Positions 26,396 to 38,532 of a stretch of 64,000 nucleotides of DNA are shown here, piece by piece. The notes under the pieces were generated by a model, which did not search any database, was not told the DNA's origin, and saw only the letters and a program-made list of their open reading frames with translations. Within the stretch, counting starts at the first letter, position 1. Every line of letters begins with the position of its first letter. The position numbers and the translations under genes are program-made. This DNA comes from Conidiobolus incongruus B7586 (Eukaryota): assembly GCA_000697335.1 (NCBI GenBank), contig JNEM01011206.1, forward strand, positions 1 to 64,000, given 5' to 3'.

Positions 26396-29300
26396 GAACC
26401 AGTATTTTTTAATGATTGGAAAAGTCCAATCCTTTTAATATAAAAATGCTGAAATTTTTAAATTATGCATTATTATTTATAAAGTGGTTTAAAAATATGG
26501 TTCTAAATATGGTGAAGTTATTATTTTATATACCAAAAATATGTATAATATTATACATTAATAAAAGCAGTGCTTATTAGTTAATGTTAGGAAGCTTTCT
26601 AACAATATCTACTAAGAACATATTCTTACCATCAAAAGATGAAATGACATGAAATTAAGTCATTTCCAGAGTGTGGATTTCAAAAACATGACCCTTCGAA
26701 TGTAATAAATCCACTTATTGACAGCTTATTCAATCCAAATTTTATCAACAACATACTATTGACATAAATAATACACTGATGAAATCTTCAAACACTGATG
26801 TAACCTTAGACTAAACAGTTGGTGATATATTGAAACCTGGATGTAAAGGTTTTCAAAGAAAAGAAGAAAACATTATATACAATTGATCATTTAAAGGACT
26901 TTACCATAGTGATATACTAGTTTAAAAAATCAAACTTATTGAATGCAGGTAATATTTAATTAATCTTATTAATATATAAAACATTTGAAAAACTGTTTCT
27001 AAATCAGTAATACACAAGATTTAATTTTTATAATTTTGACTTTTAAATCTTATTTACTAAATCATTAGCATTCTTCAATATCCTCAATTTTTATAAGTAT
27101 CAATAGTATTTAAATATAAATTTGGACATTTGAAAAAAAATATTTTAACCATTTAATTTCCTAATTTATCAATTCAATATCTGTTTAATTACTATATTTA
27201 ATGAAGGAGATTCATTCGAAATAATAATTTCCATTTGGGCTAATATCATTATTTTTATTGACTATATACCTCATTTCTTCTTAATTTATCATTTTATCCA
27301 ATTTAAAACTGATTAATATTATTTAATATAAGTTAATATTCATAAAATCAATCATTTTTTCAATGTTATTAAGCTTATTAATGGAATTTCAAGAACTTTC
27401 TATTATTTATTTTTTTTTTGATATTATTTTTATTAAATTATGCTACTAATTACTATGGGGTGCTTTCTTAAGTAGGTAATATTATTTAAGTTTAATGTTT
27501 TTAAAAAAAATCAGCCTATAATTTTGAAATGATTCTCTAATTTATTAAATTTATTGAGGGTACTATTATAAATATTAAATTCCATAATTTTTATTATACT
27601 GACAAGTATCATCTTATATTTAATACATTCAATTACTATCAATGTTATGGATAATATCAACTAAAATATGTATTTTTAATATGTTAGTATTTAGATTTTA
27701 TAATTTTTATTTCATTAAAATTTATTCATAAAAATAATTTTAAATAATTTTGAAATATTATATTAATCATATAATTTGAATAATTTTTAAATTTAATTTA
27801 AATTATACTTCGCCCCGAGTAAATTTTACCCATAAAATCTTTATATAGATATAATTGGTATATTGATTGGTTATTTTATTTACTATATTAGGTTATAATT
27901 TTTAAAAAAAATTAATTAGATTCCAGACGGATATTTATAATTAATTTTAATGTTATGCTATCATATCTGAATAGATTAAATCGAACCAATATCAATTTCT
28001 GGTTATACTACATTTTTAAAATTTTAAATACTGATATTGTTGGGTAATTTGTATTTTCTAAATATAATGTATAAATTAATGCGAAATAAAACAATATAGC
28101 ATCATTTAATTATAATGGTTAGGGTTTATTAATTGGCCAAAGAATGTTTAATACAGAATATTAATCACTATACATTTTATAATGGTAGCATTTATTTGAT
28201 ATTATTATGTATTTTTTCGTATATTGATTTGAAAATCAAATAAGTTATTAAAACAACCAATAAAAATGAACTTTATTAAATAATATATCAAATAGTTATA
28301 TTATGTGTGTAATTTTTGACTTTTAAAGCATTTATCTTGACTAATTTATATTAACGCATTACCTGATAAAAATATATCCTATATAATTAATAACAAAACA
28401 TCTATTGCTCTAATAAAAGATGAAAATCCAATTCATTAATATATTAATAGAAAAAATTCTTTTTTTGTCATTGCCGTGCTTGATACAAGTAATGCAGAGT
28501 AGAATTCATTGATTTATTCATATTAAATAACTATAATAATCCATTTTACATTCTTAGTTTTCTATGATTATTATCACTAATCAGTAATTTATAATATGAT
28601 ATCTTCTAATTATATCAATGATCATCATATTCTATTATTATATTAAATTTGATGCTGCTTTTGTATATTTCTAGAATCTTTTACCCTATCCAAATTTAAC
28701 TGATATTTTATAAAATTTAATCTAAAATTATATTATATTTGAATGTATAATGATGAATCTAGATTAAAACTAATATTAATACTGGATCAATAATGTGATA
28801 ATTAAGTAGACTGTATTAATTGGTTTACCTGTTTAATAGATATCACAGTTAAAATTTTTATATTTGATATTCAATTTTGAAAGCAAATACTTTAAGCTAA
28901 AATAATAGATAATGTATAAAGTATTATTAATTTCAAATACATCCTTATAGATATTTTATTTATCAGTTTTTATAAATATGAAGAAAGTTGTGATTAACCC
29001 ATCGGTGAATTATTGCAATGTTTAATTTATTAGCTTACTTCCACTATACCAATAATGTTATAATAATGAGAACTTATTAAATTATTTTCACTAGAATTCG
29101 TGTAATTGGTCAATGTCAATTTAGGTTTGTAATATAAATTTAGTTGTATTTTACCATTTTACAAACTATTTAATATATTCACAAATACTGCAAAAAACAC
29201 TTTGTTTAACCAAGTTGTGCCAAAATCAATTATATAAATATTTGATTGATTTGGATATTAATTCCAACCATAGTCAATGGCTTTAAATGTGATTTATTCG

Positions 29301-30182
29301 TGTGATAGAGCTATTTTTTAACTCTAATTTTATTAAAACCCAAGATTTTTATATCAAGTTATTTGTGTCAAGATAAATAGAAGCACATAAAAAATTCAAT
29401 TAATATCAAATATAAATATTGAAATATTTTCAACTTTTAAATTGAATAATATCAATCAATCATTTCCTACAGGTATTGATATTAGAATTATAATTGTTCT
29501 AATAACATATTCAATATTATTATTATTATTATTATTTTCTTAAACAATTTCTAAAATTGATAAATTCTATTTTTTTCATCGAATTTTAATATTTCATAAA
29601 TAGAATTTTATATTTTTGTTAAACTGTGTTAGATTTATTAAGTATAATAAATACAAAATATATACCCTTTATTATAAGTTTTGATATTAAGTATATTCAT
29701 AAAAATTCACTATATAACCTTTGTAATTAATTCATTAATTCCAATTTGTTTTTTCAAAATTAAATATATTTAAAAAATTTTTTTCAGATACTTGTATTCA
29801 TAAAATTATTCGACAAATAGAAATATAAAAATATTCCAATTCATTCTGATAAGAAATAGTGATATATAATCCTAAAATTATATTGTATTCAATATAAAAT
29901 ATAAAAATAACTAGATTAAATATAAATATAGATATTATGATGTATTATTTTAAGTTCAATAATGTTAATTATCAAATAAAAACATTAAATTCTCAGAGAA
30001 TTATTAATATATATTCACATCAGACAAAAACATATAAATTACAAGCATTAACTAAGTTTCATAAGTCAAATTTCTCACACATTTGTATCACATCCCACAT
30101 TCTAATATTGGATTATATATATTATAAACACAGGTCATCATAAAGTAATAATTAATGTTACCTTTCAAATTTGATTATTAAA

Positions 30183-31004
30183 ATGTCTCACTCTGCAAAG
30201 TTTAATGTTCATGAAGATGTACCTTATACTCAGCAATTGAATGATGTCAAACTCTCTTATGACTTATACCTTCCCCTTGAAGCTTCCTGTGAAGCCACTC
30301 CTTTGATGATTTATGTCCATGGAGGTGCTTGGAGATCTGGTGATAAAAATGATTATACTCAAGTAGGCGAAAACCTCGCATCCAACTATAATATTGCTGT
30401 GATGATGATCAACTATCATCTATCTACTGGAACTGAATACCATCATCCAAGCCACGTTGAAGAATCCAGTCAAGCATTAATTCATGCTTATAAGAACCCT
30501 AACCAGTTTCCTTATAATAATCAGCAAATTTATTTAGCTGGTCACTCTTGTGGAGCGCAAATTGTTTCTATAATTGCCTTCTCTCCTAATAAAATCCAAG
30601 TTTTTAAGCATATCGAAGAGGACAAATCCTTAGTTGAAGGCATCTTTCACAGCATTCGAGGTGTCATTACTATCCAAGGAATTTACGATATTCCCGATCT
30701 AAACAGACAATACCCAGACTATGCTGACTTCATCCACCAAGCTTTAGGAACAGATGAAGAATTTTGGCGCCAAGCATCACCTACTTATCAGCCTATTCCA
30801 ACTGTTTTAAAACCAAAATTCCTCCTTGTTCAAGGGCCAAAGGATGAACTGTTGGATTTCCAACAGACTCGTCTCTTCATTGAATACTTGAAAAAAGCGG
30901 AAATTTCTTATGAACTAGATGAAAATATCCACACAGGTCATTATGATGTACCTAGATCTATTGAATTTGCCCTTTTAGTATCAAAATTCATTTTACATCA
31001 ATAA
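30183..31004 (+). CDS. Alpha/beta hydrolase, kynurenine formamidase (Bna7/AFMID)-like, HSL family
   Basis: HGGAW oxyanion motif, GHSCG nucleophile elbow, GIYD, catalytic Asp (DELL) and His (GHY). First ATG at 30183. Confidence 0.85.
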   Translation: MSHSAKFNVHEDVPYTQQLNDVKLSYDLYLPLEASCEATPLMIYVHGGAWRSGDKNDYTQVGENLASNYNIAVMMINYHLSTGTEYHHPSHVEESSQALIHAYKNPNQFPYNNQQIYLAGHSCGAQIVSIIAFSPNKIQVFKHIEEDKSLVEGIFHSIRGVITIQGIYDIPDLNRQYPDYADFIHQALGTDEEFWRQASPTYQPIPTVLKPKFLLVQGPKDELLDFQQTRLFIEYLKKAEISYELDENIHTGHYDVPRSIEFALLVSKFILHQ

Positions 31005-31213
31005 ATGGCCTATTCTTAAGCAAAATAATCAAATTAAAAATCAATATTACTATAAATCAAATTAAAAAAAAAGATTTATTCATTAAATATTGTAAAAATA
31101 ATTAATATAAATAGCAATCTATTTCTATTTATTATTCTATATTAAACACAAGTTTTTTTAAGTACATATTCTTCAGTAGCGTGATCTTTTTCACCATTTT
31201 GAGGTTAATCAGT

Positions 31214-33445
31214 TTAATTATCACTAAAAAAAGCATAAATCAAAATGAATTTAAATTAATATTATTAAGCATATTTACTTGTCTTGGACTTTCTTATGCC
31301 TAGCTTTAGGTCCCCAATGATTAGTAGGATTAATTTGATATCTAACCAATTTAATCTTTCTAGATTCGGGTTCAGCACCTTTGTGGAAAGTGAAATCTAC
31401 TGATTCCAATCTAATAACAATATAAATAAAAGTAAATGATAGATCCAAAGTAATAATTACTTTGGTTCTTGCTTCAAAATAGCATATCCAGGAGTATCAG
31501 GTTTCAATTTCTTTTCACTGACTAGATGCGATTTAATCTATGTATAAATATTGGAATAAGATGATATTGATAGCTTTTAACAAATTGAAAATTACATAAT
31601 GACGCAAGATGTCCCATACAACGCTGAAAGGAGCATTTATCTTAACTGAATCTGGACAGGTATGAGAAATAGAAACTTCGTAACCAAGATTTAATAAAGT
31701 AGATCTAAACAAATCAGTTTACTGTATATAGATATCTTTATATTTAATTTACCTGAAAAATTTAGATGATGGATTGCTACATCTAACAACAGAAGATATA
31801 CTTGGAATAGTGAAGTACAAAGGAGAATCAATTTCCTAAAAACAGTTAGAATCAATTGAAATATGACAAATGAATTAAACTTACTTCACTGACAACAGTA
31901 AGCATTCCAAGCATTCTTTTATAGGTTTTGAAAGTGTTTTCAGACTTTTCTTTTGTTAATTTGTGGAGCATTGATTTAACAAATGTTTGATCATGAATAG
32001 AATCATCCCACATGGGACCACCAATCTATATGGTACTGATTCAAATGAGTTCAAACCATTTAAAATAAAGCATACATGATATCCATGTCTACAATGAGGA
32101 CATTTTTGAGGAACTGTGGGTCCAACAATAGGTCCAAATTTAGGTTGCTTACCCTCAACTTGGGTAACTTTACCTAAGGTTTGCCATTCAAAACTATGAC
32201 ATCCAAAGCATTTGTAGACAAGAGAAGTTTGGCTAAAAAAGGCTGAATATTAAATTACGATTAAGTTATGTAAATAGGTATTACCTAGCATGGAATTTAA
32301 CTTTAGCGGGAGAAGTGTCAACTCTTACAAAGATTCTGACATAAAAATCAATACTCAAAGAGAGTAAGGGTTTGATAGATCACTTATAACGTGAAGCAGA
32401 TATGTGGAGAGAATTTAAAACGAGACGCAAAGCCTAAATATATATATATATATATATATATATTTCTCAAAATATGAAAGTAAAATTTATTACAGCTTGG
32501 TGACAAAATTCAGCCTTTAATGGAGTGCCACCGTATTTGGCAAAGCTATATGTAATATTAACAATAATTTTGAACTTGATGAACTCTATAACTTACCAAG
32601 TTTCGGGATATGTGTTACTAGCAAATACAGATAAATCAGTACATGTGATACATAAAAGGCCTAAATTCATTATCAATATTTTTTGTATTTGATAAATTAA
32701 GAATTTAAATTACTCCCATTGGCAATAGACTGAATAGCACCATCTAAGAATGGCACAGCAGAACCATAAGGATCTAAATCAATACAATGAAATCTTTTGA
32801 GATGATCCCTGTTTTTATACATCACATCACTAAATTATGCACATATTAATTAAATCATATTCAAAAATTCAAATTTATATTAAATACCAAGCATCATCTT
32901 GATTAGGTATAATTTTATCCTCTTCAATTTCATTATCTTGGACGTTACGCTTGATAGCTTCAACAGCACCAAAGTCTAAATCGTTAGCTATGATTTTAGA
33001 TAAACCATTAATTTCTTTAGCATAGCGAATTGAGCGTAATCCAGTAGCTGATAAAGCCTCCAATAAAGTAATATTTTTTGGTTTATACTGTATAATATTG
33101 AATCAATATTATATGAATTATTAATTTTAATATATATATATGTATGTATGTATATGTATATTATTTTACCACAGACTCTGAAATATATATAATATTATAA
33201 AATTCAAAAAAAAATATTAAAAATACATTGTTTACCTTTTTCAGGGTTCTTTTAAAAATTTTTCCTTCACTTCTTTATTAATTAACCCAAGTTTCAATAA
33301 CTAAAATAGATATATCTCTATTAAACTCTTGAACAGAGTTGTAAAATACTTCATTAGCACTGGGAAATGTGATAGTAGCCTTTCCTTCAATAATTTTAAC
33401 TGGGCCATTATTTTCAGTTTTTTAATTTTGAACTTGAGTAGACAT
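31214..33445 (-). pseudogene. TRM1: tRNA (guanine26-N2)-dimethyltransferase TRM1, multi-exon, with nonsense codons
   Basis: Spliced motifs: [68 protein letters not shown]. In-frame stops at 33422-33424, 33275-33280 (TAA TAA) and 32380-32382 (TGA). Confidence 0.85.
32438..32463. repeat. (TA)n microsatellite in a TRM1 intron
   Basis: AT dinucleotide run next to the 3' splice site. Confidence 0.85.
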
Positions 33446-33831
33446 TTTATATTTTAAATATTTAGATTTGAATAATATATAATTTGTAAAAAATATATAT
33501 TTATATTTATAAAAATAAATTTTGGACTAAATTTTTGAGTGAATTTTTAATTATCTTTAATTTATTAATTTTTGGTAATTTCTAATATATATTCTATAAG
33601 TTAATTTTTTAAAATTCATTAGACTCTAGAACTATAATGATATATATACCCCTTATTAAATTGTGGGATTTATAGGTTTATTGCTTGAATATAGCCAATT
33701 TTGAATATTGAGATTCAATAGACACAACTACTATATTTGTATTTCAAAAGTTCTATTCAATTAACTCAAAAATATTTAGTATTTAGAATTGAATTATGAT
33801 CTCCTATTTATCATAATCATTATTGATAAAA

Positions 33832-35061
33832 TCAACACCAATTATTTATTTTTTTTTGTGAATATGGAACATATCCTGGTATTGAACTTAAAATCTTAAT
33901 GTTTTCATTATCTCGTGCAAGGATTTCCTTGGCTCTCTCAACGTCCATGCCCATCATTTCCCAATAACTTTCCAAATTTGACAGCGATTTGATCTTTGGA
34001 TCCTGTATTGAATTAAGATTGCTTGAGTTTTGTGAAGCAGAAGAGTTGAACAATTGAAAATTGAGTTTTTGAATGAGATCTGGACTCACTTCGTTAATAT
34101 TAAAATTTGAAGTGTCGTCCTCACCAGCACTTAGCATCACTTTGTTATTATCTTCATAAATGTAGCAATATGGGAAAGCAGTTGTTTTGAAAGTATCCTT
34201 GACTAAAACCTTTTGACCGTCCATATAATTTAAATACTCATTGGGATGAGCTGGGGTACCATCACGATGATTTCCTCCATAGACATTTGAATCCTCAGTA
34301 TTTTTACTCTGCCATTTCCACCATAAGTAATCGACAAGTCCGTGGTGAAGATAGAAAATAGGATCATTTGGACTGTACCCTGGACCCATATCTCCCACCG
34401 AGTTCGGTCCTCCCAGATATAAATGCATAAATCCATGATATAATTCAATATCACGGTTAAAATCGAGGTAGTTGTTACGAGTATTGACGAGAAGCATCAT
34501 TTGCTCCATAGTGGGCAATATTCCTATGGTATCGCTTGGAGCTACTTGACCAGTTTTGTCTGAGCTAAATTGTCTCTTTAGTTGATGTGGACTGGGTGTT
34601 GTGACAGTCCAGTTAGCCAAAAAAGAGTTAGTCACTTCATAATCCTTATTCGAATCTCCATTTCCTCCAAAGTAGTCGTCGCTAAATATAATACTCTTTT
34701 CAGCATGATCATAATCTCTGGTCGAGTCAAAGTAAGGAATCACAACATTGGGATTTTTTCTCCAAATAGCCTGTTGATACATCAGAAGAAAATGACGATG
34801 CCATGGCAAAAATACAGGATCACTATGAATATTTGAGTATAGTTCATTATGAATATAAGTCATTGAGTCAAACACGCTTTTATTTTCAGCACCTTTGTCT
34901 TTATGAACCTCGATTAAAGCATTTTTGAAATCTGAAAGCTCGCCAGGACTCATAGATCTGATCTCTTTACGAATATGTATCCTTTGGCATTCTTCCGCTA
35001 ACAATTTATTATTAATGGAATTCACAAGTAATGTCAATAAAAAAGAATTAAATATTTTCAT
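33832..35061 (-). CDS. Secreted tyrosinase / di-copper centre protein, intronless
   Basis: N-terminal hydrophobic signal; IRKEIRSM; CuA H..H..FLPWHR; CuB HGFMH..G and SPNDPIFYLHH; YCYIY. Confidence 0.92.
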   Translation of the reverse strand: MKIFNSFLLTLLVNSINNKLLAEECQRIHIRKEIRSMSPGELSDFKNALIEVHKDKGAENKSVFDSMTYIHNELYSNIHSDPVFLPWHRHFLLMYQQAIWRKNPNVVIPYFDSTRDYDHAEKSIIFSDDYFGGNGDSNKDYEVTNSFLANWTVTTPSPHQLKRQFSSDKTGQVAPSDTIGILPTMEQMMLLVNTRNNYLDFNRDIELYHGFMHLYLGGPNSVGDMGPGYSPNDPIFYLHHGLVDYLWWKWQSKNTEDSNVYGGNHRDGTPAHPNEYLNYMDGQKVLVKDTFKTTAFPYCYIYEDNNKVMLSAGEDDTSNFNINEVSPDLIQKLNFQLFNSSASQNSSNLNSIQDPKIKSLSNLESYWEMMGMDVERAKEILARDNENIKILSSIPGYVPYSQKKINNWC

Positions 35062-37540
35062 TATAAAAGTCAAGATATAAGTAGTTCAGTATAGATTGTT
35101 ATATTTATACCATTTATAATTTAATGCATTTCATACTTAAATCAGTTTAAAATATTTGATCCTCTTTTCCATCTTGGTAAAATGCCTTAATTACCTATTG
35201 AGGTTCATGATTTCATGTAAACTAGCCTATATTTAAATTTAAGTGAATTTGTACTTAAATACAATAGCAATGATTTCACATTTGACTACAAAAATTCTCA
35301 TTTGGCTATACATCGTTTTCTGAAATATTGAATCAATATAATATTAAAATATGTATATTCCATCTCATTGTTATTATTTACACTGTTATTGCAATTTTCA
35401 CAACTTGAAACTAATCAAAATTATCTTTAAATTATACATTTCATAGTTTAATTCAGCAAATCAAAATTTAAGTGTGAAATTATTTCTAATATTTTCAAAA
35501 TAATCTAAATTTTTGATGTATTTTGAAGTTAATATAATTCGATCTAATTTTTCTATTATGCTATAATTAGGTTTATTAATATCAGCATATTTAAAAACTT
35601 AAGGAGTGAGAAAAATAATATCAACAAAGCTTTTTTATATACAGAATGAGATAATATGCTCTACAGAAGTAAATTTTATCCAATTACAAGGTTTTGATAT
35701 TATTAATTATTGCAAAAATCCCAATGATATTTAGTTTTTAACACTCATAAATTTCAATTGAAGTTGAATTAATAATGATATTATTGCTTATAAAGTCTTT
35801 TTAAAGATACGAATTGACAAATATATTGCTATAGAAATCGAATTTTATGTATAGTTTTGTATAATTTTTGATGAGATATATCATTTATATTTCATAATTA
35901 TTAAATAAGTAAATTTATTTAACTTGAACTTTTCTGTTCAAAATATACTAATCAAAGTCATTATTATTTGATTAATATAATTACCATTTATTCTATCTGA
36001 TTGATTTCAATTGACCAATGAACAAAACATGTATTATTGAATCAAGATAATGAGCATTAATTAAATTTATAGCATATTTATTGAGCATAAATTTCTAAGT
36101 TTAAATATGTTTGATAAAATTATATTTAATGCATTTCATCTTTTTAATGTTAGAACTTGTATTTCTATACAAATCTATTAAAGATTATTAAATTTCAAAG
36201 CCAATTTTACAAACATATATATATATTCTTATTAAGATCTTTCTATTTTAATTCAAAATTATACTCAATATTTAATTGAAACTCAGGATAATTTTAAAGA
36301 GGATTGTTGTATTCAAAATACTATTATATAATATATTTTGAATATAATTTAGGATTTTCCTAAAAGAGTATTTTTATCAATTTCGACATTTAATAACTTC
36401 ATATGTTTCAATCCATAAAACTTATATTACATTTATTCACCTGGTAAATGAAAAATTGTGTTGAAATCAATTGAGAAGTTTATGAACTCGAGTAATAATA
36501 ATAAGGCATACATTGATAATTTTGATGCTTGTATTAGCACATACACAATAAAGTATTCAAATCAATTGACCTTAGCATTCAATAGTTTTATTATTAAATT
36601 TGAACAAAATCATATCTTTATGAATTACGATTAACTTGAATTTGTGTAATAATGATAGTGATTTAAAAATATTGAATAAGATCCTGGATTATAATTGTAG
36701 TATTCAGCAATTAATTATATAATCTATTAATGTATTAAAACTATGATATTTTTAGATGTTATGATTTGTTGATCAAATATTTGGCAATTCATCAGAAATC
36801 ATTGACATAGCCCAAATAATTATATCGAAAAAAATTTATCTACTACAAAATGAGATCTCAAAAGATTTATATAAAATGAGTCTAACATAAAACAGATTAA
36901 TCAAGCATGCTATTATAACTCATTATATCTCAATAATATATTTAGTCTCTATTGTTGATATGATTAATATTTTTATTATTCAAATTCAATCATATATTAA
37001 AATAAGTAACTAACAAGATTCAATTTTGAAATAGATCGAAAGTATGGAATATTTAGTGCTGTATTGGCCTTGAATAGAATAATTAATCTTTGATTTTTAT
37101 TAAAATTATTTATATTTACATAAATTTAAATAATTTCAAATTGGAATCATAAATTGATTAAAATATCAAAATGAATTCAAATTAATTTATCTTGAATTTT
37201 CAAATAGAATAGTTTATTTAAAAATTAATTAAATAAAATTAGCTAATATAAAATTACTCTCATATTATTTATTTTGTATATACTTTTATATGTTGTTCTA
37301 ACTTTAGCACTCCAATGATTTTCAAATATATCCTCGAAATAATTTATAAGTTTAGATTCAGAATTCAATCACATATTTTGAACAATTCCACATTCTTCAT
37401 TTTGATTGGCTTAAATGGGACAATCTCCTAATTTAAGCAAATTATATTTTAAATGGAATAAAAACTAACATTACACTTTGTTATTAATCATATTTATATA
37501 ACAATATAGTAATATCTACTAATATTATATCAATGATAAA

Positions 37541-38328
37541 ATGAAGCTTACTCTAATTCTATTTCAATTAATTGCACTATTTAACTTTTTTGTTTGTTTC
37601 GATAAGCTGGATTTCGAAATTTTTGAAATTCAACAACAGCTTACCGAATTGGAAAATCCTGATGCTACTTTTTATTCAGTCTTAAATTTGAGGCCTCAAG
37701 CTACTGAGAAACAAATTACTAAAGCTTATAGAAAGCTCTCTTTAGCTATTCAGTAAGTTTCAAATATATTAATACTAATTCAGTTGATTTATTCATAATT
37801 CTGATTTATAGCCCTGATAAAGTCGATGCTTCTGATATAAAATCTATTAAAAAGTATGCCTTATTAACTTCTATTAGCAAACTTTTAAAGGAACAAGAGA
37901 GCAGAACTCGTTACGATTTCTATTTGAAGAATGGATTCCCCAAATGGAGAGGAACTGGATATTTATACAATCGCTATCGTCCTGGTTTAATTTCGGTTGT
38001 AATATTCTTATTAGCGGTTATTTCTGGTACTCAGTATATTATTAGTTGGGTTAACTATTATCGTCAGAAGGAGAGACTTCAATATTTCCTCGAGCAGCAT
38101 CAAAGAGAATTAACTCCCAAAAATATCAAGCGTATCAAGAAAGAGTACGCTGATAATGGCTATCCAGTCCCAACCGATGAGGAAATCCAAAATCCCCCGG
38201 AATTAAACTGGGAATTATTAGAGAAGCCCACCATTAACAATCTACTTATTTTTAGAATCCCTTCATTTTTCTTCAGTCTATTTAAACAAAAACAATCTCA
38301 ACCTAGCCAGAATCAAAAGGACGAATAA
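37541..38328 (+). CDS. ERJ5: ER membrane DnaJ protein (Erj5/DNAJC1-like); intron 37753-37811
   Basis: Signal peptide, J domain with HPD formed across the splice junction (ca|c cct gat), GFPKWRGTGYLYNRYRPG motif, then one TM helix. Confidence 0.85.
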
Positions 38329-38532
38329 AAAATAATTTTTTTGATATTATCAGTTTAAAATTCAAATATACTAAATATATAGAGTGAAATCCGTTATTTT
38401 ATAAAGAACTCAAATGATTTATTTAATTCAGTTTAAAATTACTAGAAATTTTATTCTAAAATTAAATCATATATCATAAATATATAACATTTGCAATATT
38501 ACATTGGTGATAATCAGTACTATTCATATATT

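Noticed and set aside
31214..33445. Alternative genetic code (TAA=Gln) or readthrough explaining the TRM1 stops
   Set aside because: Intact genes here end in TAA (BLM10, MCA1, TOM40) and have no internal TAA. TRM1 also carries a TGA and conserved-residue damage.
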